From the human T2T-CHM13v2.0 reference genome, Homo sapiens, in the NCBI RefSeq assembly GCF_009914755.1, contig NC_060935.1: a stretch of DNA of 64,000 nt; one strand, given 5' to 3'. Under the pieces are notes generated by a model, which had not been told where the DNA came from, did not search any database, and saw only the letters and a list, made by a program, of their open reading frames with translations. The translations under genes and the position numbers were made by a program. Position 1 is the stretch's first letter. Each line of letters begins with the position of its first letter. This document shows positions 28,359 to 41,822 of this stretch, piece by piece.

Positions 28359-28881
28359 GTGAGAAATTAATTTAAATAAAGTAGAAATTGGACACACCTG
28401 ACTAAAAGGTTTGTGTCACAGAAACACAAACTTTGGCTTCCTGGAGGTGGATGGGATGCTTTGCAGCCAGCGTCCTGTGTGTCGGTGGGCAGGTTGTTTA
28501 ACTTGGATAGACCATCTTTTTAATTTAGAAAGTGATGGTGCCCGGCTGGGGAAGTGGATGGCACAACTGCCTGGAAAGCCGTTTCTTGACCCATCTTGGG
28601 GTGTTTGGCCATGGGCTGGACCTGCCAGTCAGCATGGAGAGAAGGGAAGCAGAAAAGCCTGAGAACACTGCGTGAAGCCAGAATGCCCCGCTCTTCCGGG
28701 GGAGCCCCAGTGGAGTAGACAGCACTGGCCCCATGGGCTCGCCCCACCCGCTGCATCTGTCTGTCCCCTCTCGAGGTGAAAGCAGGCAGGGTGGCCAGGA
28801 GGTGTGCCGGGAAGGGGAGCAGAGTGACACCTAACAGGGCATTCACAACCTGTGTCCTGGGCTCTCCCGTAACCCCCGCAG

Positions 28882-29010
28882 GCTCGGTTTTCCGGGACGA
28901 GTTTGATCTGGCCATTCTCCAGCTGCAGGAGAACAACCGCCTGGAGATCCTGAAGCGCAAATGGTGGGAAGGAGGGAAGTGCCCCAAGGAGGAAGATCAC
29001 AGAGCTAAAG
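28882..29010 (+). CDS. GRIK4: GRIK4 coding exon, end of S2 ([44 protein letters not shown]), phase 1-1, 129 nt
   Basis: Acceptor aacccccgcag|GC, donor AAG|gtaagg; LK.KWW...C motif. Confidence 0.97.
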
Positions 29011-29319
29011 GTAAGGACGTTCAGGGCCATCCTCCTCCTGCCCTAGAGGACCAAAGTAGCTTGTTTCTCGTGTTCAAATTCCAGGTACACATAATGACTT
29101 GTAGGACCCATTGAGAACGGCCTTGGAAGGAACCTAGGTATAAAGTGGGCTGGCGGGGGATCAGGTCTGTCCCAGGGTCTTGCGTATCGCAGGCACCCAG
29201 TGTCCACCCGGCTCCCAAGTCCTAGAGGCTCTGCCTCCATGTTGTTTCTTGAACCCAGCTGCCTCTGACCCCTAGCACCATGGCTTCTACCCTGGCCCAT
29301 CATCTCCACACCTGTGCAG

Positions 29320-29815
29320 TCACAGTCGCCTGGTTTCAGTTTCCCATTCTTGCGTCTCTACAGTATATTCTCCGCTACTAGCCAGAGTGATCCTTTTTAA
29401 AAATGCAAACTCGATGGCAGCATTCCCCCCACAAACCTCCCAATGGTTTCCCATCCCACTGGGAATAAAATTCAGGACCCTGTGTGATCTGTTCCCCCTC
29501 AGCCTTCCTCTCTTCTCTGTGGTCCCCAAGCCTCCCATGTGGCTCTTCCACCCCAGGGCCTGTGCACCTGTTCCCTCCTCCTGGCCTTCCCTCGAAGAGC
29601 TCTTCACTCCCACCCTACACATTTCTCTCCATCACCTTAACCCCACCTTATTTCCCTTCTCAGACCTCATCGCTACCTGATATTATATTTCTTGTGTATT
29701 TGTTTACTTTCCACTTCCTCTACTAGAATGTAAGTTTCATGAGGGTAGGGTTGGTCATCACAGGGCTGCCCAAAGAGCTGGACATGTGGATATTTTATCG
29801 AAAGGATGAGCAAAT
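29320..29815 (+). mobile_element. L2 3' fragment
   Basis: gccagagtgatcctttttaaaaatgcaaa...ctagaatgtaagtttcatgagggtaggg. Confidence 0.65.
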
Positions 29816-32800
29816 GTTAAATTAGGCTGAATAGAAAGCAGTCACTTACTGAGATGTATGGCTAAGAAGTGTTGACGGTCCCTGAGCACCCAGGATTTTC
29901 TGTAGGGGAACACTTACCCTAGTTTGCCCAGGATGGTATAGTCTTGTTTCTATCTATTGTAGATCAGTTAATGCCTATAAATTATTTCTAGACAGTGTTC
30001 ATTCTCAAAGTGTCCTGGTTTAGACAATAAATCATATGGTCACGTACCATATCTACTACTCCATCTACTGCAGCCTTGTTAAAATATGCAACAGATTTAC
30101 CTGTCCACGCTCTGCCCGAGGAAGACAGCTGAGGAGTAGGATGAAGGATATCATGTGCTTGTCTTTTCTGCTCAGCATGAATGATTGTCCCTGATGAGAC
30201 AGTGAATGAATAACTATGTGATTCTCAGTGTCTATACGTGGATCTCTATCTTGCAAGAAGAGGTCTCAAGAATATGGATATACGGAGCAAGTATTTTTTA
30301 TAATTTAAAGGAAATGCTGCCCTCAGAGGAACTGAGTGAGGCCACACACTTCTTGGCTCTTCACTCCCCAAAGGCCAGAGCTGACCATGGGGAAAGCAGT
30401 GGACACGAATGGACACAGGGCATGGGCAGACCTCATTTCAGTCTCGTCTCTACCAGTTGTGAGTCTGTGAGTTTCAGCACATTAGTTAGCAGCACTGAGC
30501 CCTCATTCCTTTATCTGTAAAATGAGTTCAGTAAGTAACACACTGTAGGGCTGCTGTGAAGGGAGAGTGAAAAAGCACAGAGCTTGGCTCATCCCTGGGC
30601 CCAGTGTATCACAGCTGTGACTGATCTGCACCCTAGCACCGTGCTCTGCTGCTCTCAGAACTTCAGGGCAGTCTGATTCCATCAGCTGCCTGCAGAGGAG
30701 TTACTTTCAAGGCTCAGCTAGCCATTCCATCAATAGGGATATGCTGAGTGACAGTGAGGTATCCCAGCACATCACTTCACACTCCTGGGAATAAGAAAGC
30801 TCTACAGGCTTACCAGCAAGCATCTTAAGGTGACTTCTGGAAACAAAATTCACTTACTTGAAGTGGTTAGCAAACAATTCTTGACACTTGCCAAATTACA
30901 GTTAAATACTGGGGGGTGAAGTGCGGAGATTACTTCTCCTTGTTCAGAGTAAAAGAAAATGGGGGGGATGCAGAAAAAAGTGTCAAGGCACTTTTGTGGA
31001 TTGGATAGAATGAACTGGATTTTGAAGATGCCCAGGACCTGAATAGGTCGACACCGTGGGAGGAGGGCATTGCAGGCAGATACGCACCTTGAAGATGGAT
31101 GTGGGGCAGGAGTCAGTGCTGTGGGCAGGGCTGTGTGCAGGGGCGCCGGGTGGTCCATGTGGAACAGATAAGAATTCGCATTTGGGGAGTTGGGTTGTGT
31201 AATGGGTTTGTACTAGGGAAGGTGTGGGTAGCAAAATGCTCCTCCACTCCTTCCCCCAAAAGAAGACACATGGATTGGAAACATGTGACTGGACCTGGAA
31301 TAGCTAAAATAAAGTTGGATGATTGTCAGCATATGTTAATGTTGCTCTATGATAACAATGAGTTAAAGGATGGCAGGAAAGAGCGCCGTCTCTCCTCCAT
31401 CTGCAGGGAAACAGCAGTGGTATTGTGCTCTGGAGCTTTCTAAAGTGGAAATGGAGAGGTGAACCTGGGGCCTAGAGCAGAAGGACCTTCTGCTTATCAA
31501 TCCTTCCTCTGATTGATAAGTGAAATAGAAGAAATGTCTAGGTATCTTTCTTCCTAGAAACGCTTGATCTCCCTCTCCCCTCACCACAGTGGGTTGAGGG
31601 CCTTCTGTGACTTTGGACAGAGCACTCAATGCACTATGCTGCAATCTTGGTCTCCTCTACTCAGTTGCTGGCACCTTAGACCCAGAACCAGTATCATTTG
31701 CTTCTGTGGTCCTAGCCTCCCCAACAGAGCCAGGCACATAGTAGTTACTCAGTGTTTGTGGGATGTGTGATGAAAACTGCTGCTAGCTGTCAGAAGCTAC
31801 CAATTGTTGTGTTTTCCTGGGTCATGCTAACGTGACTCATGAGACTGTGCTTGGAGTTATTTCCCAAATAGCCTTCGCACCAGGAGCTGTCCGCTCACAC
31901 TCAGTTGTTCCTCTGAACAGCTGACGGAAGGCGTGTGGTGGTGCAGAGGTGCTGGAGAAGAGGGAGGCTGGAGCCACACAGGAGTGGCCAGGGGCAGTGC
32001 AGGGACCCTCCAAAGGATCCTGTCATTGACCCATCAGGTCCAGGCCGCAAGCTCTGGTCAGTTCCAAGTCTCTCTTCTCTCCTCCTCCTTACTAGTCCGG
32101 GATTTCCTGCTTTCCTTTCATTTTTCAACCCTATTCCATTTGATCTCTTGAGCCTTTGTTTCCCCTTTAGACTTGCTACTGAGTTGATCACATCTTTCCA
32201 GTTCCCCTTTTCCTCCCTGAACCCTAAATCCAGCCCCAGGACCTCTTGCTTTGTGTACTTAGTCATGTGTATTGATTTGCATCTCCTGCTCATTCTTGTG
32301 GAGGAGCAGAGGGCAGCCCCATTGGCAAGCTCTGGGAAGGGGATCCAGGATCTCGGTGCCTTGCAGTCTCCACTCACGGACCTTGAGTTAGACCATCTCT
32401 CCCATTCCAGATCTCGCCCAAAGTCCAAGGACCCTTTCTTTTGTTCATCCCTCCCCACCTACCTCTTAAGACTGGAGCTCATTAAATGTTTACCCTCCTG
32501 CGTATGTGTTTGTTCTACTGACAGTCACTAGGGTGGTTCTCTTCCCTGAGGCAGTTTTGATAGGTTTTGAATGGACATTGGGTCAAATGGACTTCACTCC
32601 ATAGATGCCCTTGTGATAGTAGACACTCTGAAACATCTTTGAGCCTCAGTTTCCGTCTCTGGAAAACAGAGGTAATAATAGCATGGCCACCTCCCAGGGC
32701 TGTTGCGAAGGTTGAGTAAGATAAATCAAGCATTCAGCAAAGTGCCTGGCACAAAGTTTATGGCAACGAATTTTATTCCAAAATCTAGGCCTGAACGAGC

Positions 32801-35510
32801 AATTAAGGCACAATGAGAGGTTTAAGTAGTGTCCCCAAGCTGCGAATGTGCCCATTCATCCATTCTCCCTAAGGCTGAAGGGCTCTTCAAAAATCAACAC
32901 TTAAGACATATATTTTCTGTCTGTTGACATTTTCCCCCCTATAGACAATAAGCAACTCAAGGACAGGGACTGTGTCTTATTAATTTTTGTGTCCCAATGC
33001 CCAGAACATCACCTGCCATCAGTATTTGATGAAACAATGAACAACAAATGAATAGATAAATGAACAAGTGAATGAGCAAGCATCTCAAAGTCCTCCTGAC
33101 TTTGGAGGAGGAAAAGTCTGGAAAGCCTTATCTTATGATTGTTTCCTTTCAAACGGGTGCCCAGCACCCCAAGTGTTGCAATGGAAAGTATTCATGTAGT
33201 TCTTATTGCTGCCAACAAACAGCGTGGTAAACTACTGTGTACCAGGCACTGTGCGAGGCTCTGAAATTACCAAAAGGATTACAACCTGGCCTTGCCCTTA
33301 AGAGGTTTAGAAGCTAGAGAGAGACACAGATAGTTGCTGTAATGGTTGCAGTATGGGAGAGTTTTAATAGCGGTATAAAGAGAATGTCTGGAAGCCCGGA
33401 AGAGGAAGTGATGAATTCTGTGGAATGGTCAGGGAAGGCTTTAAGGGCACATGGCCTGGACCTGGAAGCATCCCTTAGGAATCGCTGCTTTAGGACTGTT
33501 GTGAGGCACAGGTGTTACACTGAGAACTCGGTTTGAATAGGTAGGATGAGGTTGGACTTAAGGGACTGTTGAAAACCGGGTAAAGGTACTTGGACTGCAA
33601 CCAATCTGTCTCACGCTTTTTCACAGGAGGAACCAAAAGCAGAGGAGACTAAATGGGAGCTGCTGGGGATCTAGGACATTGTGTAGAGCAGCCTACTTGT
33701 TCAGAATTTCCTGGAAGTCTTCTGTTCTGTCCTAAAAATACATGTGAATTTTGCATCTTACTCTGTAATACAGGCATATTTATTTAATGTAAGAATTTTT
33801 TTCCCACCCAAGCCCTAAGTAAAATCAGTGTCCCAGGAAGATGCCCCATCATCATGCCACAGCTTTGTCAGACTCCTCGGCACACCAACAGTGCCCTGGA
33901 CTGGGTTTGGGAGCATTGGCAATAGCCGTCAAAGGTTCTGGGGTGAGATGTGGCACACGGAAAGCTGGTGTGGTGGGATGGAATTCTGAGCTCTTGGCGG
34001 CATTCATGGTCCCAGGGGATAGTTATTGCCTCAGGAGAAATCAAGTCAAATTATTGGCTTTAAGTTCCAAAATAAGTTCTTAAAGCTCACAGCAGAGATA
34101 ATGTCCTTGGAGAGCGAGGTTTTTGATTTGCCAGAGAAGTATTTTGGAATACAGAAGGTTAATTCCTAATAGGATCTGGTCAAAAAGTTAATGCTAGAAG
34201 TTAGAGTGAAAAAAAAGAGAAAGAAATAGAAGAACCAGGCCACCAAGTCTGCAAATCAGATAAAAGGATGCCCTGGCCAGGACAGGAGCTTCTGAGCAGA
34301 AAAGGACATGTTAAAATGTGGTTGGTCCCTGCCCTTCTGGGAGCCGGAGAGAGGCAGATATCACTCCCAGAATTAGCTGGATATTCCATGAGTTCTAAAT
34401 AGATTTTTACTTGTGCAGGGGCTGTGGGTGGTACATGTGGAGCAGAGAAGAATTTCTGGAGAAATTCTTCTGGAGAGTTTGGCTGTGTAATGGGCTTGTA
34501 CTGTGGTATGACGCATATTTCTGGAGTTTGGCAAACCCCAGAAATATGTGCCATGCCTTAGTGAAGTGGGGGACGTAAGAGGCGGCACGTAGGGACCCAA
34601 GGCAGAGGGCCCAGTGAAAGGCCTGAGTTTTCCTTAACTCCAGACAAAGATATTGGAAATCTAAGTGGACTACGGCATAAGACCAGACACCTATCCCCAC
34701 CCCAATACAATGACACAACCGCAAACCTGAAATACATCCCGGGAAGAAGAGGGAATGGAGAAGACACTGGATTTAAGTGAATTTAAACATGAAATGACTG
34801 AAAATTCTCTACGTTTTTGGCCATGTGGTGGAAATGGAAGTTGGAGGTGGAATAGAAATATAAAGTTATAATTGTTGCAGTTGTTGGCCTTGGAAACAGT
34901 TCCGCATCCACAGAGGTCTAGATGGTTCCACAGTTTTTGGAAGACTGTGCTGACAGTAGAGTTCAGGATGGAGGGAGAAGGGAGGCAGAAAGGGAGATCA
35001 GGCTTCCAGGAAAGATGGAAAGAAGTGAACAGGAGGCCTCTCTCCACCACACTTTGGGACCAAATGTTCCCTGGCATGAAGGAGAGAACTGAACAGATGA
35101 AAGGGAAAATAAACAGTGGAAGTCATCCTGTCCAGGTCCCAAATGCATCCGAAGATTTCTGGGTGCTATCAGCCAGCCAGTGTTAACTTGTCTCTCTACG
35201 GTCATCCTTTGGAACAAGAGGTTGAGCTATATTAATAAGAGGCAATGTTTCAGAGTGGGGCTGTCTGGGAGATGCTATGCAAATCACTCTGAAAGCCAGG
35301 ACTTCAGCTACTGTCCCAGCCATAGCTGCTAGTGCCAGTTTAATGTGGTGGCCCCATTTGTGCCATGGCTGGAGCCCAAGCAAACATTACTCAGAGAGGC
35401 TAAGAGGCTTCTTGGCCAAGCGAAACTGCACGTGACCTCTTCCAAGCCAAGTAAGAAGCACTAGCCCGAAACGGGAGGTGCCATTGCTTGGTCTCTCTCT
35501 GATAAATTAG

Positions 35511-35904
<394 letters not shown>

Positions 35905-37499
35905 TAAGTGTTCACCAAGAATCGAGACCTAGGAACATTTTTTTCCTGTGTCTCAGACTGAACAGAGGGCAGTAGTTTTCACCTGCTTTCCCAAGCAGCT
36001 CTAAATTTGTTTTTTAGAATTTGAATCAGTTGGCTTTCACGTGTGCCTAAAGGAAGGAGAGAAATATGGAATGGGCAGAGAGGGATAGAGGTGAAAGGAA
36101 CTATGAGTGGGTCTGTTTTTCGGAGACCTCTGAAACTGAGAGTGGCTGCAGTTTTAATTAGAATGTACCAGACGACGTGCCAGTGCCTAACATAATCTTT
36201 TTCTACTTTGTTATCCTATTAAAATTCGAGAAATTTCAAAGAAAAGGAACTGGTGCTTACCCCACTTCTAATCCAATATTACAGCTCAAACATTACTGCC
36301 AAATTCCAGAGAAGAATCCTAACGATGTGGTGATGCCACCAATCCCGAGTCTTTTTGCCAGGTCTTGCTTGCCTCTGGTAAGAGCCACAATATTACCCCT
36401 TCGCTTCCTCGCCCCCTCTGACTCTCCCTGCCTGTAGCTGGGTGGCTGTCCACCTCCCTACCTCGCTAAAAAAATGAAACGGCAGATCCTGTGGAAAACT
36501 GGAGATTACAAAAAGGAACAGGCTCCATTCCAAGCTGTTTCATTTTCTTCTGCCTTTTCTTTTCAAAAAACACTTATTTATTTATTTTCTCACTTAACTG
36601 CTATAAAAAGAAAATATCGCTAGCCACTCACAGATGCTGGCATCCCAATTCAAGGAGATTGGATTACTGAAGTCTTTGCAGAACAATTGCTAGACAAAAA
36701 GGTGGTCGGTGAACTCCAAGGAAATTAAATACCTTTATCTTGAAAAACATGAGCTCACAATGAGGCTTCAAAGGAACATAAATACATCACCAGGCTGTGA
36801 AAATCAGGGTTCCCTTTCAAGAATGGAAAAGAGGCCAGTGGCATTGACTCACAGAATCCTTGGAAAACAGGAAGTTTGCTGTCTGGCACGGTGGGAATGG
36901 AAGTGTGAGACATCTTAGCAAGAGTGGGGGTGAGTGATGGGAGTGGAGGGGGCCCCAGGGATGCTTCCCTCTCTCTTTCTTCTCATGGGATCCAGCGTGG
37001 TTATCCTGGTTCTCTGGTTTCTCTGGAGAGAGCCGAGGCTGGAAACCTGAATATGGGAATTTAGATAGTGTTTCAGAGAGATGCTGTGGAGGAAGCCTCT
37101 CTCTGATCAAATTAGATCTATTTTTGAGAGAGAGAAACTCCAGAGGGATTTCCAGAAACCATGATCAGAACAGAGGCAAATGGTGGCCCCATGAGTCTGC
37201 AACAAAGCAGGTCACAATTGTTAAGACTTCAGCTCACTGTTGTCTGGAAACTGGGCCAAGATTAAGCCAACAAATCATCGATTCAAACATGCGATGTCAT
37301 GTTCTGAAGGACAGAAGGGGATTTTATAAGCTGAGCTGTAACTCACACGTAGACCCCCTCACCTCTACCCTGTGTCCCTCTAGAGGTTCCCAGGAATGTG
37401 TTCAGTCATTAGGATGCCAGGATGAGTTCTGTAATCACCCCCCTGCAGCATGAGTGGATGCCGAGTGACTGGGAGAGATGGTGTGGAGTAGACGGGAGG

Positions 37500-37705
37500 G
37501 GACTGGCATCAGTTTAGATCCAGGCACTTCCACTTGTCAGCCGTGGAACCTTGGGCAAGTTACCTAACTCCTCTGCACCTTGGTTTCTGTGTCAGGAAAA
37601 ATGGAGGTAAGAGTAGTGCCCATTTCACAGGGTAACTGTAAGGATTGAGTTAAAACATTTAGCATGCTGACTTTGCTCATAGTAAACACTCATAAAGGTC
37701 AGCTT
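37500..37705 (+). mobile_element. MIR
   Basis: accttgggcaagttacctaactcctctgcaccttggtttc. Confidence 0.65.
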
Positions 37706-39799
37706 TATATTTATACAGAGCATTCGCTTTGGAATCAAATTGATCTAGAATTCACGTTAGTTATGAAAACATGAACAACCTAAGTTCTCTGAATTTCTCT
37801 TTCTTTAACTGTAAAGTGGGGACAATGGGCCTTCTCTATGGTGTTTTTAACGATAATTGAATGAGATAGCAAATGAAAAATGAGGCACTTGAGCTCATAT
37901 TTTGATGGATTATAAGCAACCTCCCATAGCTCGTGTTTGGATAAATTGCAAAATTTATCACATACCTCTCCCATCCCTCTTCTAGTTTGAGTTCCTTTTG
38001 CCTACTTTTCTCCTATTATTCTCTCCAGAATGTGCTAGGTCTAGTCACCAGATGCCTTGGTGAATACAAGAAGAAATGGCAAACTTACCGTTTCAACATG
38101 ATGAATCACTTTGAATTTTCTGGGAAGATCATGTAGGTCAGTTTATATCGGGGCACATAAAGTTGCTATTTACAATAATAAGTCCCTGGAGATCGGACTA
38201 TTTGATACACTTGCATGGCTATAGGTGAATATAGTTCTGAAATAGAAAGTGCTTGAAAGCCATATGGTTCCAAGAATCCATGTTCTTGTCCAATGCTCTT
38301 GATGAGCCAGTGTGGCACAGAGCTTCAGCACCTAGCATAGTGCCCAGCTCATGGAAGCTCCTCAGTCAAGATCTGTTGACCAATGTCAAAGAGCAAATAC
38401 ATTGTCTCTTGCTGGGATCTCGTGGCACTAGTCAGTCCTCTGTGCAAGTGGATTCTCTGCACCTGCCTCCATGGCTTTTGTGGCCTCTGCCTTTTTTCCC
38501 AGCCTTCCCTCACTTTTTGTTCAAAAGGAGCTTTCCCTCTGTATTTTAGTTGCAGATTTCCACAGTGGTTCGTGGAGATATGTGAGTGTTTTAAGGGCTA
38601 GGACATGAGTGTACCTGAATCCAAGAAGTGGTTATTAGCCAGACAGAACCAAAGGAAGAGCAAGTGGGTGGGTGGAGATTCACATCTCTTCACAGGTGCT
38701 CTCTTCCAGGGTGCCATTCCCCTTTGTAGTTCAAGAGACAAAGAACATTATTCATTTGCATTTGTGAACTATCATTTTTTGGGCAAAATATTTGCGGGCA
38801 ATCTGCGGGTGACACCAAAGTTAGTATTTAGCCAACCAGGAGTTTGTGGGGAGAGCGTGATTCTATTTCAGTGAATGCAACTGATTGCTGGGGCACAGCT
38901 GAGCCTCAGAGACTCAAGTGTCAGGAGAAAGTCCCAGTTTGTAAAGCCATCTGCCTGCATGGTTTATGTGTGGTCCCATCTGAAGAAGGGAAGGAAAGAC
39001 ATGACTAGATGTCTTCCCAGTCCCCCTTGCCATTGCTGAGGCATCTGTGAGTGCCGCGTGGGCCTTGTAGGCTGGAGGGAGTCCACATCAAGGGCCCCTT
39101 CTGATGAATGTCGATGTGCTGTGGAAGGCATTTGACTTCTAGAGAATGACTGATGACAGTGTTAAATGGAACTGCTGCGCTCTCCGAACTCTCCCTTCCC
39201 ACTCCCCGCTCCATCTGTTTTTCAACTCTGACTCTGCCAGCAATCTATTCTTGCTTCCTCTTTCCAATAACTTCCTCAAGGCACGAATGGTATACAAGCC
39301 TTGCTTCTATGAGGAGGAGGCCACTCAGCCAGGAATCAGGATGCTGGAGCCAACACCCATGATTAACATGCTGGCCATGAAATGTGAGAAGCTGGGAAAG
39401 AAAGACTATGGGGTGTTTCAGTGACTCATGGTTTCTACCAGCCTCCTGTTAAACCTCAACTCCCCTCAAAGCTTTCCCTGATCTAATAAAAATTATCCCA
39501 GTGCAGGCCACATGCCTGTTAATAACTCTCCCAATACCCCCACCCAATACAGGCGGTCCATGTTGTGAATTGCTCATGTCAATATTCAGTCCCCTTTAGC
39601 CATCACTCAGTACAGTGTGGGCCATCTTCCTCTGTGACCAGGCTGGAGCACTCAACCAGGGCGGAGCACTCAACCAGGGCTGTCATGTTTTACCGTTATT
39701 TCAAACCAAATTTAATTAAAAAGGAATACATATGGGTCCAGAGCTTTTGGTAATGCAGCCCTCTGCATCTGGAATGTCTTTATCCTCTTTCTTTCTGCT

Positions 39800-41460
39800 C
39801 ATTCTTTCCACAAACATTTACTGAGCTATAATGGGCCAGGTACCATGACCGTGAGGTTATAGAGTTGAACAAGGCATGGTTCTTCCCCTCAAAGAGCTCA
39901 CAGTGTAGTGGGAAATCCAGATATATAAACTAGTGTATTATTTTATGCATAATAGTGATAAACAAGGTATTATTAGTAAAACACAAAAGTAGTATACCTA
40001 AAAGTCAGGTAAGAGTAGAGAAGGCAGCCTGGAGGAAGTGACCTCCGAGCTAAGTCTTAAAGCAAAGGTTAAGGTTAGCCAGATGTGTGTCTGGGGAGTA
40101 GGGGTAGGTTCCAGGCAGAGGAATTAACAGGAGCAAAGGTATGGAAGGTAAGAGCAACGATGCTGTGTGCTGGGAACTATAAACAATTCTGTTACTTGAG
40201 GATGTGTCACAGTTAGATTTTGCATTTCAGAAAGATCAGTGAGGCAACTGTGTAGTGTGCAGAGTTGAGAAGGAAACAGCTACAGGCAGGGAAATAGTTT
40301 TAAAGGCTACTGCAATAGTCCAAGCAAGAGATGGTGGGTGCCTGAACTAGGGAAGTGGCAGGAGGAATAGGGAGAAGGGTAAGAAACTGAAAAATATTTA
40401 GGAGGCAAAATCAGCAGGACTTGGTAATAGCCAAGACATGGAGGAGAGGCAAGAGACCAAAGGTAGGAAAATGAGAAGAAAATGTGCCCCGGGCCAATCA
40501 AAGGAGATTGAGGAGATTGGAAGAGAGCAATGAGCAATGGCTTTATAAAAAGCCAAGATGGGAGTGTGACTGACAGTGTCAAGTGCTAACAAAGGTCATG
40601 CAAGATCAGGACTAGAAAATTTCCATTAGGCTCGAAACAAAATGTTCATTGGTGACCACAGCGAGGGTGGTTTTAGTGGTGCAAGACAAAATTGCATGGG
40701 GTGAAGATTGAATAGCAAGAACAAAAGTGTATTCAAAACAGAATTATTTTCTCCTTTAGATCTCATAGACAGAATTACTTGGAGCTTAAAAGCTTTTTGA
40801 GTGTCCAAATTATGTTTGAGGTCTGAATAAAAAGTACTGGCTTCAGAATGCAAAAAGGAAACTGCAAAATTAAATGAAGACATGTTTAATTAAATATCTC
40901 CAAAATGTAACATTGTTTCAACTTCATTAATCTTTAAATTTAATATTTGTAAAAACTTCATTACATGTAGAAATAATTTTTTGATTAGATTTTTAACTTT
41001 GCAACATTCTTTTGTATGTATGTGCAATGATTGCTGAGAAAGCACAGCCAGTTGTAAGTTAACTGTTTCTTGCCACTCAGTAATATCAGAAGCAAAAATT
41101 TTTAAATGCATTTAACATAAGATCTGGGTGCATTTTGTTCTACTTCCTTTTATGTGAGATGGCTCCTCCAAATGTAAGTGTTTTTAAGGGCTTTTAGAAG
41201 GTCTTAAAATAATTCTGATGTAGACCACTCTCAAAAAGCTCGGCCATGGAAGGAGAGAGAAGTGTTGGATTAGACAGAGTTGGAGAGAGTAAGGAGAATT
41301 TCTTTGTCTTCAAGGAGGGAGAAACATGAGTATGTGAATGTGCTGAGGGAGAGAGCCAGTGGAGAGAAGACTGGAGGAGGACCAGGGAGGTGACTGATAG
41401 GGAGGCAGGGGGCACAGCTGGAACACAGGTAGCAGAAGAAGACCTAAAGGGGAAAGAAAA
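39800..41460 (-). mobile_element. L2 element interrupted at about 40739-41217 by an AT-rich insertion
   Basis: acaaacatttactgagc 3' end; ggctactgcaatagtccaagcaagagatgg; aggcaaaatcagcaggacttggtaa; resumes at tgtagaccactctc. Confidence 0.65.
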
Positions 41461-41522
41461 CCCCCTCTACAGAAACAAGAGGAATGCGAGACCCTCTGCA
41501 AGGGGGCCTTGTCCTGTTTTCT

Positions 41523-41822
41523 TTTGTTTTTGTTTTTGAGATGGAGTCTCACTCTGTTGCCCAGGCTGGAGTGCTGGGGCACGATGTCGGATCAAGTGGC
41601 AGCCTCCACCTCTTGGGTTCGAGTGATTCTCCTATCTCAGCCTTCCGAGTAGCTGGGATTAACAGGTGTGAGCCACCATGCCCGGCTAATTTTTGCATTT
41701 TTAGTGGAGATGGGGTTTTATCATGATGGCCAGGCTGGTCTCGAACTCCTGACATCAAGTGATCTGCCTGCCTTGGCCTCCCAAAGGGCTAGGATTACAG
41801 GCATGCACCACTGCATCCAGCC
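41523..41822 (-). mobile_element. Full-length AluS, antisense
   Basis: Complete dimer; 16-bp TSD cctt(g/t)tcctgttttct at 41507 and 41823. Confidence 0.93.

Noticed and set aside
31901-32531. Overlapping 185-aa and 198-aa ORFs
   Set aside because: Low-complexity pyrimidine-rich intron; no homology motif or phase-compatible splice sites seen
38324-38344. RE1-like TTCAGCACCtaGcAtAGtGCC
   Set aside because: Lies in an L2 3' end, and the essential GGAC core is mutated
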